The notes beneath the pieces are model-generated. The model was given only the letters and a program-made list of their open reading frames with translations, ran no database searches and was not told the origin of the DNA. Positions 51,555 through 60,951 of a stretch of 64,000 nucleotides of DNA are shown here, piece after piece. This DNA comes from Nitrospirota bacterium (GTDB lineage: Bacteria > Nitrospirota > UBA9217). A program made the translations under genes and the position numbers. The stretch lies in the NCBI GenBank assembly GCA_963790205.1, contig CAWBNQ010000001.1:832001-896000 (forward strand). Reading direction: 5' to 3'. The stretch's first letter is position 1. The number at the start of each line of letters is the position of its first letter.

Positions 51555-51741
51555 ACTTTACCTGTCGGCACGACCATGTTTTTTCATTCTCGGCATTACG
51601 AACTTACCGGGGGGTGATGTCCTGACACAGTGATTGTACTGCGCTTCGATGTTCCTGTCTAATTCCGCCGAGCACGAAGCGGGCTGTTTACAGCGGCCTG
51701 CTCGAATCGTATCACCACTTTTACCGAAGGAGGAAACCAGT

Positions 51742-51990
51742 ATGTCAGTCAAAACTGCGACACCAGATCAGATGTTGGACACGCTTGGAAGGGTCTGTCC
51801 CTATCCGCTGCTTCTAACAAAGAAGGCGCTCGAGAAACTGGGGAGCGGCCAGACGCTGAAGGTCCTCTGCGACGCCCCGGCATCGGCCGAGGACAGCATC
51901 CCGCGCTACTGCGAGAAGAACTGCTTCGCGTTCGAGGCCGTGAAGCTCGAAGACAAGGGCATGTGGGAGCTCTACGTCAAGAAACCGTAA
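51742..51990 (+). CDS. TusA-family sulfur carrier (YeeD-like, CPYP)
   Basis: AAGGAGG RBS; LDTLGRVCPYP..KKAL..L..G..LKVLCD. Confidence 0.92.
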   Translation: MSVKTATPDQMLDTLGRVCPYPLLLTKKALEKLGSGQTLKVLCDAPASAEDSIPRYCEKNCFAFEAVKLEDKGMWELYVKKP

Positions 51991-52074
51991 CGGATCATCG
52001 GGCGGGAAACGGTTGGACCCGCCGGTATCCGGTGCAAAAAATACGAAAGGTAAAACCATAAGGAGGGGGAGAGA

Positions 52075-53160
52075 ATGGTTTCTACAATAGGGTTTATCAT
52101 ATCCGGCCTGCTCATCGGGCTGGCGTTCGGTTATGTTTTGCAGCGCGGTCGGTTCTGCGTGAACTCCGCGTTCCGGGAGGTGCTTTTTCAGGACTACACG
52201 ATGCTTCGTGCGTATCTTCTTGCCGTGGCAATAACGATGATCGGCGCCAATCTGATCGAGGACATGGGCTGGCTCCAGCATGTCAGTGAGACCGGGGTCA
52301 TGGTGACGGGAACGCTCTACCGCCAGGGCTTTGCGCCCTATGCGAACATCATCGGAGGATTCATCTTCGGCATGGGCATCGTGCTTGCCGGCGGCTGCGG
52401 GAGCGGCATCCTCTACCGCGTCGGAGAAGGGAACCTTGCCTATGTATTGGCAGTCTGCGGGTTCTTCTTCGGCATCGCCATAATGAGGTTTGGCTTTCTC
52501 AAACCTGTCTTTGACGCCCTGACGTCCTATCAGGTGTTCGTCGGCGGGGACCAGGTCCCGACGCTCTACAACGTCACCGGCATCAACAAGTGGATCATCA
52601 TCGCAGTGGTCGCGGCGCCGATCTTCTATTTTGTGTTCCAGGGAAAACCGTTCCAGAAGGCCAAGAAGGGCTACTCGTGGTCGCTCGCCGGACTCCTGGT
52701 GGGCATCATCGCCGTGGCCGCGTTCTGGGCCTCGGACCATTTTACCGGAAGGGCGCGCGGGCTCTCGTTCACCGGACCGGTCCGCGAATTCTTCCTCGCT
52801 GTGTTATTCGGGAACTCCCAGGTCCCGGCTCCCGAGGCTCATACGTTCCTGGGCATCACGATGTCCTGGAGCGCGCTCTACGTGCTGACAGTGCCGATCG
52901 GCGCGTTTCTGAGCGGCAAGCTCTTGAACGAGGTCAAGCTCAAGGTCCCGCCGGCCGATGAACTTTTCAAGGTGCTCCTGGGCGGGTTCCTGATGGGGCT
53001 TGGTGCACAGCTGGGCGGAGGCTGCAACATCGGCCACAGCCTCACCGGCGTATCTACCCTCGCTGTCTCGAGCTGGGTGGCCAACATCTTTATTATCCTG
53101 GGTAATTGGATGATGGTGTATTTCCTGCTCATCAGGCCGATGAGAGATTTGGACGTATAA
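52075..53160 (+). CDS. YeeE/YedE family thiosulfate/sulfur-compound transporter
   Basis: QRGRFC, LAGGCGSG and GGGCNIG Cys motifs; multi-TM. Confidence 0.93.
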   Translation: MVSTIGFIISGLLIGLAFGYVLQRGRFCVNSAFREVLFQDYTMLRAYLLAVAITMIGANLIEDMGWLQHVSETGVMVTGTLYRQGFAPYANIIGGFIFGMGIVLAGGCGSGILYRVGEGNLAYVLAVCGFFFGIAIMRFGFLKPVFDALTSYQVFVGGDQVPTLYNVTGINKWIIIAVVAAPIFYFVFQGKPFQKAKKGYSWSLAGLLVGIIAVAAFWASDHFTGRARGLSFTGPVREFFLAVLFGNSQVPAPEAHTFLGITMSWSALYVLTVPIGAFLSGKLLNEVKLKVPPADELFKVLLGGFLMGLGAQLGGGCNIGHSLTGVSTLAVSSWVANIFIILGNWMMVYFLLIRPMRDLDV

Positions 53161-53174
53161 GCAAGACGTGCAGG

Positions 53175-53204
53175 CCGGGCAGGCCTACCTGCCCGGTTTT
53201 TTTT
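53175..53204 (+). terminator. Terminator after the yeeE-like gene
   Basis: CCGGGCAGG-CCTA-CCTGCCCGG TTTTTTTT. Confidence 0.8.
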
Positions 53205-53329
53205 GACTCAAAAATAAATAAAACACTTGTTATAATGTTAAAAAAATGATAAGCTTCGGGCACCTGATCTCGTCAGGACAATAATAAGAATAAGTCGCTA
53301 ATATTATTATTTATAAGGAGGTGATTTTC

Positions 53330-53635
53330 ATGGCAACTGAGATGCTGGGTATCATGGTAACGAAGTACGAGAACCTGGACCATATCGCGGGCGTTGTGAA
53401 AGCGGCGCGGGCGGCGGGTAAGTCGGTGACGCTTTTCATGACCGACGCGGGCGTTCGCTTCACCACAGACCCGAAGTTTCTCGAACTGATGAAGGTAGGC
53501 GGCGTGGAGTTCTCCTGCTGCGACCACAGTTGCGAGCGGGTCGGGCTGCACGACAAGACCGAAGGCATATCATACGGCAGCCAGTACAACAACGCGGGCA
53601 TGCTGCACGACAGCGCGAAAGTGCTGGTGTTCTAA
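53330..53635 (+). CDS. DsrE-family sulfur relay protein
   Basis: AAGGAGGT RBS; V.LFMTDAGV, SCCDHSC, GSQY, D..KVLVF. Confidence 0.85.
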   Translation: MATEMLGIMVTKYENLDHIAGVVKAARAAGKSVTLFMTDAGVRFTTDPKFLELMKVGGVEFSCCDHSCERVGLHDKTEGISYGSQYNNAGMLHDSAKVLVF

Positions 53636-53660
53636 CAATCCAAAAGACAGGAGTATACCG

Positions 53661-53939
53661 ATGGGTGATACCAAAAAAATAGCAGTCATTGTCAGGGACC
53701 GGCCGGGAGAAGCGCTCCGCGTTGCGGGGGGGCTCACGCTGGCCGACGACACGATCGAAGTCTTTGTTCTCGACGGTAAACTCGACAAGAACGATCCCGA
53801 TGTCGCGACCCCGCTTGAACTGGTCGCCGAGCTCGACTTGAAAATATATTCCAATAACCCCGAAAACGGCTACGCCACGATGACCCTGGAGGAGATGTCG
53901 AAGAAACTCCTGGAGTATGATGTCGTGGTGCCGTACTAG
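53661..53939 (+). CDS. DsrF-like small protein (YTD-cluster conserved hypothetical)
   Basis: KKIAVIVR...EALR.A.GL....V.VFVLD; C-terminal YDVVVPY. Confidence 0.75.
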   Translation: MGDTKKIAVIVRDRPGEALRVAGGLTLADDTIEVFVLDGKLDKNDPDVATPLELVAELDLKIYSNNPENGYATMTLEEMSKKLLEYDVVVPY

Positions 53940-53960
53940 GAGAGAGACGGAGGCCATCTC

Positions 53961-54131
53961 ATGAAGATATTGCACATTTTGAAAAAAGCGCCGGACGCGA
54001 GCACCAGAAAGATCATTGAAGTCCATGCGGCGGGCAATCAGGTGAAAACCGTCGAGCTTTACAAGGGCGGGGTATCCTATGACAAACTCGTGGCCGATGT
54101 ATTTGCTCATGACAAGGTTTTTTGCTGGTAG
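53961..54131 (+). CDS. 56-aa DsrH/TusB-like protein (missed by the ORF track)
   Basis: GGAGG RBS; MKILHILKKAP...SYDKLVADVFAHDKVFCW. Confidence 0.78.
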   Translation: MKILHILKKAPDASTRKIIEVHAAGNQVKTVELYKGGVSYDKLVADVFAHDKVFCW

Positions 54132-54223
54132 CGCGCTAAGAATTCCAAACCCGGCGTCGGGATTGCTGAACGCTGTATAGACAGGGGCCTCCCTGGCACC
54201 GGCAATAACATGCTGTTTTGCTC

Positions 54224-54257
54224 AAAAAACCGGTCCTGTTGAAGGACCGGTTTTTTC
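54224..54257. terminator. Bidirectional terminator between the converging sulfur operons
   Basis: AAAAAACCGGTCCT..AGGACCGGTTTTTT. Confidence 0.85.
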
Positions 54258-54287
54258 GTGTTCCCTGTATGGTTATGGTACGCGGGC

Positions 54288-54761
54288 TTAAATGAAAAGA
54301 TTGATCTGAGAATCAGCCGCCACATCCAGCCACGTGGCCGCGCCGCCGAACTCAACGCCGTCGATGATGTTTTCCTGCTTGACGCCCATCACGTCCATGG
54401 TCATCTGACAGGCGATGAGCTTCACGCCGCTTTCCTTGGCAAGCTCAAGCAGCTGGCCGATCGTCGCAACGCCGTGCTTTTTGAACATGGACTTCATCAT
54501 GGCACCGGCAAAAGCCTGCATGCCCGGCAACGCTGCAACGAGCGCTGGAACAGGCACCGGCATGGGCATGGCGGGATTTCCCAGGGGGGAGATTTTAAGA
54601 CTGTCCGCGTTCCCTTTTTTAATCAGCTCAAGCCCGTAGAATGTAAAAAATATGGTCACGTCAAAGTCCATGGCTGCGGCCGTGGTGGCAAGGATCAGAG
54701 GAGGATAAGCCATGTCCAAGGCGCCCTTGGACGCGATAATCGTCATTTTTTTCTGTGCCAT
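54288..54761 (-). CDS. DsrE2-type sulfur carrier
   Basis: KG.LD.AYPPLILA, FFTFYGL, IACQMTMD.MG. Confidence 0.88.
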   Translation of the reverse strand: MAQKKMTIIASKGALDMAYPPLILATTAAAMDFDVTIFFTFYGLELIKKGNADSLKISPLGNPAMPMPVPVPALVAALPGMQAFAGAMMKSMFKKHGVATIGQLLELAKESGVKLIACQMTMDVMGVKQENIIDGVEFGGAATWLDVAADSQINLFI

Positions 54762-54776
54762 TGCGGATGATCTCCT

Positions 54777-55019
54777 TTATGCGGTCTTTTTAATGTAAAA
54801 CGTGAACGTTCCCGAGCTTTCCTCCACACTCAAAATCTCATTCCCCGTTCTCTTTGCCCAGGACGCCATATCGTTCTTTGACCCCGGGTCCGTTGTTAAG
54901 ACTTTTAAAACCTGGTCCTTTGCAAGCGCTTCCACGGCCTTCTTGGTTTTCAAAATCGGCAGCGGGCAGCTTAATCCCTTTGCATCGAGCACTTGATCGA
55001 CTTTCATATCTGCTGACAT
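54777..55019 (-). CDS. tusA: TusA-family sulfurtransferase (CPLP)
   Basis: GGAGGT RBS; LDAKGLSCPLPILKTKK, TDPGS..D. Confidence 0.9.
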   Translation of the reverse strand: MSADMKVDQVLDAKGLSCPLPILKTKKAVEALAKDQVLKVLTTDPGSKNDMASWAKRTGNEILSVEESSGTFTFYIKKTA

Positions 55020-55042
55020 ATCAGTCACCTCCTTCGCAATAA

Positions 55043-55954
55043 CTATTTCTTTCCCCCTGCGGCCTGCGTCAGGGCTTTACGGATCGCTTCGGGGCTCTTC
55101 ATGATGTCCATGAAGCTGTGGCTTCCCATCATGGAAAGGTCCGGGAAACTGATGGCGATGCGGAACCGGGCATACAGCGCGTAGACCTTGTTGCCCGAAA
55201 CCAGCATCTCATAGGGCAGGTGCGCAGTAGACCGGATGTCCTTGAAATCGATCACGCTCATGATGAACTTGTCGTCCATATACTTGTCAGCTTCGGTTGC
55301 GCCCTTCAGGGCCACCCCGAACACCGCCTCTTTCTTCCCGGGAACATCGATCCGGTACACCTTTGTCACGCCGCCCCGCCCCGCGGCAAGGCCTGCTTCA
55401 ACGGCGGCAGCAGCTTCTTCGAAACTGCCGTATTCGGCCAGCACACTGGGCTCATTAAAATATTCCATTCCGAACATGTAGTGATAGGACCGAAGTTTTT
55501 TGGCCGTCAGACCCTTTGCGCCGAATTCCTCTTTTTTGCCGAGGGCCGCGGCAAGCTTTGCGGCAACGCCGGTCAGGTCGCCCTGCATGCGGTAAGCATT
55601 GGCCATGTAGACGGGGTTCGTGTACGCTACCTGCACTTCATTCTTCACCCGGGTAACCGAAACGCGGACTGCCGCCCCGAACCCGCCGAATTCGGATTTC
55701 TCCGCATTGCTCTTCAGTTCGTTATTCGTTGTAACGATGACAACGGCATCGGGATACGGCGTGTACTCCCCGGCTATGGTGAACCCCTGTTCCGTGAGGG
55801 CGGACTCGACGGCAGTTGCCTTTTCCGCCACCGTACCGGGGCCGAGGGACCCGAGAACAAACGGCTTCAGGAGCGCTTCATCAGCACCGGCGGAGCTCAA
55901 TAAGAAGATCACAAGCAACGATGCCAACGTCAGTCTTTTCAATACCGTCTTCAT
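55043..55954 (-). CDS. Periplasmic conserved hypothetical protein
   Basis: Sec signal peptide; YHYMFGMEYF, AHLPYEML and RFRIAISFPDLSM blocks; no Cys. Confidence 0.85.
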   Translation of the reverse strand: MKTVLKRLTLASLLVIFLLSSAGADEALLKPFVLGSLGPGTVAEKATAVESALTEQGFTIAGEYTPYPDAVVIVTTNNELKSNAEKSEFGGFGAAVRVSVTRVKNEVQVAYTNPVYMANAYRMQGDLTGVAAKLAAALGKKEEFGAKGLTAKKLRSYHYMFGMEYFNEPSVLAEYGSFEEAAAAVEAGLAAGRGGVTKVYRIDVPGKKEAVFGVALKGATEADKYMDDKFIMSVIDFKDIRSTAHLPYEMLVSGNKVYALYARFRIAISFPDLSMMGSHSFMDIMKSPEAIRKALTQAAGGKK

Positions 55955-56042
55955 GTTGCCTCCCTTGCGAAAAATTAAGGGCTATAGTTTCCCATAGCCC
56001 TTAATCTCATTATCATCAGCTGTTTCGGTTTATCGTTCTCAC

Positions 56043-57380
56043 TTAGAACCGGTAACTGTACATCACCTGGGCATTGGTCTGGTAGTGTGATACCGTGATC
56101 CCATCAGGGGTTGTGTCATGGACTTTCGGCGCATAGGTGAACGAAGCGTCAACGCTCGACGCCTTGGTCAGCATATATCCCGCGCCGACCATATAGTGGT
56201 TCTTAATGGTAGCCGGGAAGAGCGCATTCAGATACGTATCAGGGATCGGGTTGCGGGAGAGGTTCGCGCCCGCGCGCACGGTGAAGGGCTCGGTCACCTT
56301 GTAGCCTAAGCCGAACTCATACACGGTCTGGTTCTTCCAGTTCTGCGGCAGAGCAAAGTTGATTGCCGTGGGAGCTCCGAATACTCCGCCCTCGTATTCC
56401 ATCTTGAAGCTTTTCATGACGTCCTTCCATTCAATGAACTTGATGTCCGCGACGATCATGAGGTCCTTGGTGGCATTCCATGCCGCGCCGGCCCCATAGG
56501 TCGCGGGCCACTGAAAGTCCCGCACGATGATCGTGCCGTTTCCAACGAGGCCAGCGCCTGCTGCGCTCAAGTTAGCGCCGTTGCCCTTGGTCGTCAGATC
56601 GCTCAAGTCGGTCTTTGTATGGTACGTGGCGCCCACGGTCAAGTCAGGGGTGATCTTGTAGGTAGCCCCGATCTTCGCGGCCACGCCATCGCCCGTGGCC
56701 GCGCCGTTGAAATTGCCGCCGCCCGTAAAGTCGATACGCGCCCAAGGTGCGCCGGCCAAGGCGGGAAGAGCAGCGCATCCGGCGCCACCGCAACCGGTTA
56801 CCATGCTCCCCAGTTGTTTGCCCGAGGCGGCCATCTCGAGATCAAGGGACGCCCAAACATAATCGATGCTGCCGCCGATGGTAAGGTTCGGCGTTGCGTT
56901 ATAAGCGATCGGGAAAATGACCCGCCCGACACCGAGCTCCGAACGCACTTCCTGGCCCGAGCCCATTGCCATGAATGAATTCGCGTCATAATCCGTGCCC
57001 ATGCCGCCCTGGGAAAACATGCCAACGCCATAGGTGACGTCCCCGGTCTTTTTCGCCAATCCGAATGCCGGCATGAAAAAAGCGTCTGCCGACGATTTGG
57101 CGTCTGGCGCTCCGGGCATGCTGGACGTGATGTGGGGTCCCAGGTATCCGAAATCCACGTCGAGCCGGTCGCCCTCGGGCATCAGGCCGAGCGTCGCGGG
57201 GTTATTCATCATCGCCGCTGTGCCGTTGTCATAGGCGAAGGACGCGCCGCCCATACCCGTCGCGACCGGACCGTACCCCTCGAGGTTCATACCGTTCGTC
57301 GCATGGACGGTTGAAGCAAAAAACAGAGACACAACTGCGAGAACCACCGGGTAAAACACTGCTAAATTCTTTTTTTTCAT
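56043..57380 (-). CDS. FadL/OmpP1-family outer-membrane channel
   Basis: Signal peptide; ATNG..LEGYG....GMGGA, NNPA hatch motif; C-terminal YSYRF. Confidence 0.9.
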   Translation of the reverse strand: MKKKNLAVFYPVVLAVVSLFFASTVHATNGMNLEGYGPVATGMGGASFAYDNGTAAMMNNPATLGLMPEGDRLDVDFGYLGPHITSSMPGAPDAKSSADAFFMPAFGLAKKTGDVTYGVGMFSQGGMGTDYDANSFMAMGSGQEVRSELGVGRVIFPIAYNATPNLTIGGSIDYVWASLDLEMAASGKQLGSMVTGCGGAGCAALPALAGAPWARIDFTGGGNFNGAATGDGVAAKIGATYKITPDLTVGATYHTKTDLSDLTTKGNGANLSAAGAGLVGNGTIIVRDFQWPATYGAGAAWNATKDLMIVADIKFIEWKDVMKSFKMEYEGGVFGAPTAINFALPQNWKNQTVYEFGLGYKVTEPFTVRAGANLSRNPIPDTYLNALFPATIKNHYMVGAGYMLTKASSVDASFTYAPKVHDTTPDGITVSHYQTNAQVMYSYRF

Positions 57381-57536
57381 ATCACCCTCCCCCCCTTATT
57401 TAGGAAACGTTCTCTTTGACAAGTTTCACAAAATACGGCCCTTGAGGACCGTCTCGTAGAGGTTTGTTAAGGAACTCCTCAGTCTGTTCCTGTTAACGAA
57501 GAGTCCCCCTCGGCACGGAATACTACTAATTCATAG

Positions 57537-57647
57537 GGTACGCGATTAATAAATATGATGTCATTAAACGACGCAATTATTTCCAAGTTACACGGTTAAC
57601 AAGTTATGAAGGTACGCAATTATGTATTAAAGCTATTTTTTTGTCAA
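57537..57647 (-). promoter_or_regulatory. Promoter and three repeated operator-like sites of the FadL operon
   Basis: TTGACA(57647-57642)-N17-CATAAT; ACGC(A/G)ATTA repeated at about 57540, 57571 and 57614. Confidence 0.55.
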
Positions 57648-57903
57648 GGCCTTATTTTCACGCTAAAATTGTAATTTTACGTGTTGAGAGACACGCTGCA
57701 GGCCCGCTTGGTAACTTTCAGCATTTTGCCCGCCAACACGCGAAAATTCAGTTTATGCGACAACGTGCTTTGTAAGAACGCATTTGTCAGCAACTCGTAA
57801 AGGCTTTCGCGTTTCCTGGCCTTGACCAGAGAGATCGTGTTCAAGAAGATCGGAGAAAGCGCAGAATCTGCGGAGCGGGAAAGGCGGGCAGCTGCAATCT
57901 AAA

Positions 57904-57938
57904 CCCGGAGGAGCGGGGACTATCCCGGCTCCTCCGGG
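57904..57938 (-). terminator. Hairpin after the cytochrome gene
   Basis: CCCGGAGGAGC..GCTCCTCCGGG followed by TTTA on the minus strand. Confidence 0.65.
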
Positions 57939-57953
57939 CCATCGCAAGAGCCG

Positions 57954-58766
57954 TTATTTTTTCGCGGTGGGAGGAGACGGCACGTTCGAGCCGTGGCATT
58001 CCGTGCAATTCTGCTGTGCCGTGATCCCGACGCTTCCGGCGGGAGCCCAGTCGGCTTTTGAAACATACTTGCCGTCCTTCCAAACATTCAAATCCTGAAC
58101 GAGCTTATAGGCAACACTTGCCGCGACCCGCGCACACCGGTCCTTCCGTTCCGGACTGGCAAGGGCATAGCCGGATGCTTTCATCCATTTACCGACCGAT
58201 ACATGGCAGAGAGGCGACTGGCTTGTCGTCTGTATGATCTTTGTTTTTTGTTTCGGCTCCTGGGGAGTATATACCGGAAGCGGTGTTCCCGAATACCACT
58301 GCAGCATTTCCGATCCGATCAAGGCCCCATTTTCGCACTCCGGTCCCGCGATACGGGGGCCGATGATCATATTGCTGACAATATTGGCGCCCGCATTGGA
58401 GCCGCATACCGTTCCCCATCCTACCATGCCGCCTTCCAGAAAAACGAAAGCGTCTCCCGGGAATGACTTATAGGGCTCGCCCACTTTTTCACGGAGCTGG
58501 CTGAACACGCTGTTGATGACTGCGGCTCCGCAGAACACGCGGTACCATTCATTGTAAGCGATGTCGCTGGTCTTCTGCGGGTCCAGTTTCACGTACGGCC
58601 ACGGCCACTTCTCCGTCGGCCCGCCCAGGGCCTCCGCCCTTGGCACCAGCCCAGGCGCTACTGACGCGAGCGCGGCGAGCCCCGCTGCCCCGAGCGCGCA
58701 TTTCCCCGCGCCGATAAGAAGACCTCTCCTGGTCAACTCCGAATCAACTTTCTTCTCGCATTTCAT
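57954..58766 (-). CDS. Split-Soret cytochrome c-like protein (C-GCAxxG-C-C family)
   Basis: Tat signal TRRGLL; FC, GG..GWGTVCG, LCHVSV.KW, RCAR, C-terminal CTECH; GAGGAGG RBS. Confidence 0.8.
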   Translation of the reverse strand: MKCEKKVDSELTRRGLLIGAGKCALGAAGLAALASVAPGLVPRAEALGGPTEKWPWPYVKLDPQKTSDIAYNEWYRVFCGAAVINSVFSQLREKVGEPYKSFPGDAFVFLEGGMVGWGTVCGSNAGANIVSNMIIGPRIAGPECENGALIGSEMLQWYSGTPLPVYTPQEPKQKTKIIQTTSQSPLCHVSVGKWMKASGYALASPERKDRCARVAASVAYKLVQDLNVWKDGKYVSKADWAPAGSVGITAQQNCTECHGSNVPSPPTAKK

Positions 58767-59168
58767 TTCGCGCACCTCCTCTAGGGTTTTTATTACTGTC
58801 CTGGAAAACCTGGACGCTGCAAAGAACCACGTGAAGACACGAGAGCTCTCTTGATACCCGCGACCTGAATTGATCATTGCTCCCTATTGACTATAGCAGA
58901 TATTTTTGAGACAAAACGATACTTTTTGCACCGTCCGTGTCACGTTATCTAAAGAGCAATACAGCGATAAAAGCGCTTCAAACGGGCATAAGGCGTATAT
59001 TTTTGTCCCTCACTGATCCCTAAGAAAATCAGGAGATAAAAAAATAGGAGCAAAGGCCGCAACCCCCGTCATAAACTCTCATTATGGCGCAATGAGAGAT
59101 TTTAATAGGAACGGCGGCAGCGCGAGGACGGCCTGTCAAATAATTTTTTAACATCTGAAAAACGAGTA

Positions 59169-59197
59169 TTGACACGCGAGATAGATTTTGCTAAGGT
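59169..59197 (+). promoter_or_regulatory. Promoter of the second YeeD-like gene
   Basis: TTGACA-N17-TAAGGT sharing TTTTGCTAAGGTA with the 51526 site. Confidence 0.65.
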
Positions 59198-59430
59198 ATT
59201 ACCGCTATTGTTCGGAAGTCTATATACCCGTACCTGAGGAAGAATTGAGAAAGAACAGCCGTCGGGCGATAGGTTGTTGCGGCCGCGGCATGGACTCTCT
59301 TCCCGGCGTCCTTCTGCATTAAGGGAGTCGTGAAAGCGCCACACTATAATAATATATGGATCCTGTAACGGCAAACGGGTAAATTAGACGGCCCGAATTT
59401 GATATTCATTATAAGTGAGGAGGAACTATC

Positions 59431-59679
59431 ATGGCATTGAAAGATGAAGCACCGAAAGAAACGCTGGATACTCTTGGAAGGGTCTGCCCTTATCCGCTCC
59501 TGTTGACCAAAAAGGCCCTGGAAAAACTCGGAAGCGGCCAAATGCTCAAGGTGCTCTGCGATGCCCCTGCGTCCGCAGAGGACAGCATCCCGCGGTACTG
59601 CGAGAAGAACAAATTTGCCTTCGAGTCCGTGAAGGTCGAAGACAAGGGTATGTGGGAGCTCTTTATCAAGAAAGCGTAG
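59431..59679 (+). CDS. Second TusA-family sulfur carrier (YeeD-like paralogue)
   Basis: Nearly identical to 51742-51990 (LDTLGRVCPYPLLLTKKALEKLGSGQ). Confidence 0.93.
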   Translation: MALKDEAPKETLDTLGRVCPYPLLLTKKALEKLGSGQMLKVLCDAPASAEDSIPRYCEKNKFAFESVKVEDKGMWELFIKKA

Positions 59680-59985
59680 GCGCCACATCGAGGATCGCCG
59701 ACTACGGCTTCCCCTGGTTCGCGTAACGTGCATACCGTTGGTCCTAGAAACGCAACCTGACCTTACGATAGCCAGGCAGATCAATTCTGCCCGGCTATCG
59801 TATCTGTGCGGCCCGCTGGGACGCTTCCCGTTCTTCAAGCAGCAGGCAGCCGACAGCTTGGGTGCGCCTGTTCATTCCCCACCCTTGTGTTTTCTCCTTC
59901 CGTTACTGTATCATATGCCGCAGCGCTTCCGTTTTACGTTGATAAATCCTTCCTCAAGTTTCTGATTTTCAGCACATTGCAGTTC

Positions 59986-60001
59986 TGGCAAGGGTATTGC
60001 T
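59986..60001 (+). promoter_or_regulatory. Candidate sigma-54 (-24/-12) promoter
   Basis: TGGCAA-N5-TTGCT, about 105 nt upstream of the next ATG. Confidence 0.5.
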
Positions 60002-60106
60002 AATAAACAGGCGTACTCAGCGTGCCTGTCATTGGCGGGCCGCGGAGGTCTGAATGCCGGACCCCGCGCCTATAGGAACTTTCATTTGCTGCAGGGAGCT
60101 TCAATT

Positions 60107-60859
60107 ATGCATTGCCCGGACTGCAACATTGTTAACGATCCCGATGCCCGCTCCTGTAGTGAGTGTGGAAGGACTGTTAGCGGGGACGAAAAAATCCCGT
60201 CCGCCATAACAACAAGAGCGTACTTTTTTGCGCTCCTCCTCATTCCCGCCGTCGCGCTGGCGTGCGGACTCGGCTATTACAAATTTATTTTACCCGAAGG
60301 CGTCGCTACCGTGGTCAACGGCGAGGAGATCAAACGCGCGGAGCTCGATTCGGCCGTTGCCCTAGCACAGGCGAAGAACGGCGAAGAGAACTTCAAGGAC
60401 GACCATGCAGCGCAGCACGCCGGAAGGCTTCGGTACGAGGTCCTGAGCGGGCTTATCACGGAAAGGCTTGTGCTGCAGGAGGCGCGGAAAGCGGGAATAA
60501 GCGTCTCGCCCGTGGATGTTGCTTCAGCTGTGTCCCGTGCACAAACGTCCTCGGGCATGGATAAGGATAACCTTCATGCATTGGCCGGGCGGCGGTTTAG
60601 GGTCATTCCCTCGTTCGAAGAGAGGGTATGGTGCGAACTTATTATTGAACGACTTATCGCCAGGCAGGCCGTACCGCAGACCGTTGACGCGGTGAACGCG
60701 TGGTTGCGGGATCTGTCAGCGCACGCGTCGGTCCGGATCGCGCTTTCCGAACAATGGTCCGGAACGGGGTGCGGGTGCGGTGACCTGAGCAGGAACATAA
60801 CAGACTCTACTATGAAGGAAGGAGCCAGAAGAAATGCGTTAAATGCGGCGCAGAGGTAA
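60107..60859 (+). CDS. Zinc-ribbon plus membrane-anchored SurA N-terminal-like domain protein
   Basis: CPDC..CSECG, TM helix, VA.VNGEEI..EL, LI.ERLVLQEARK.GI.V; GGGAG RBS. Confidence 0.7.
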   Translation: MHCPDCNIVNDPDARSCSECGRTVSGDEKIPSAITTRAYFFALLLIPAVALACGLGYYKFILPEGVATVVNGEEIKRAELDSAVALAQAKNGEENFKDDHAAQHAGRLRYEVLSGLITERLVLQEARKAGISVSPVDVASAVSRAQTSSGMDKDNLHALAGRRFRVIPSFEERVWCELIIERLIARQAVPQTVDAVNAWLRDLSAHASVRIALSEQWSGTGCGCGDLSRNITDSTMKEGARRNALNAAQR

Positions 60860-60951
60860 GAGCATGCTACATACTGCAAGGTCTGCGGATCAAGCCTCCC
60901 GGGAGCGGGCGCCTATACGAACCTTCACATGCGAGTCAGGGGCAAAAAATA

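Noticed and set aside
57675..57870. Short open frame on the minus strand between the cytochrome and fadL genes
   Set aside because: No good start or RBS and no recognisable motif
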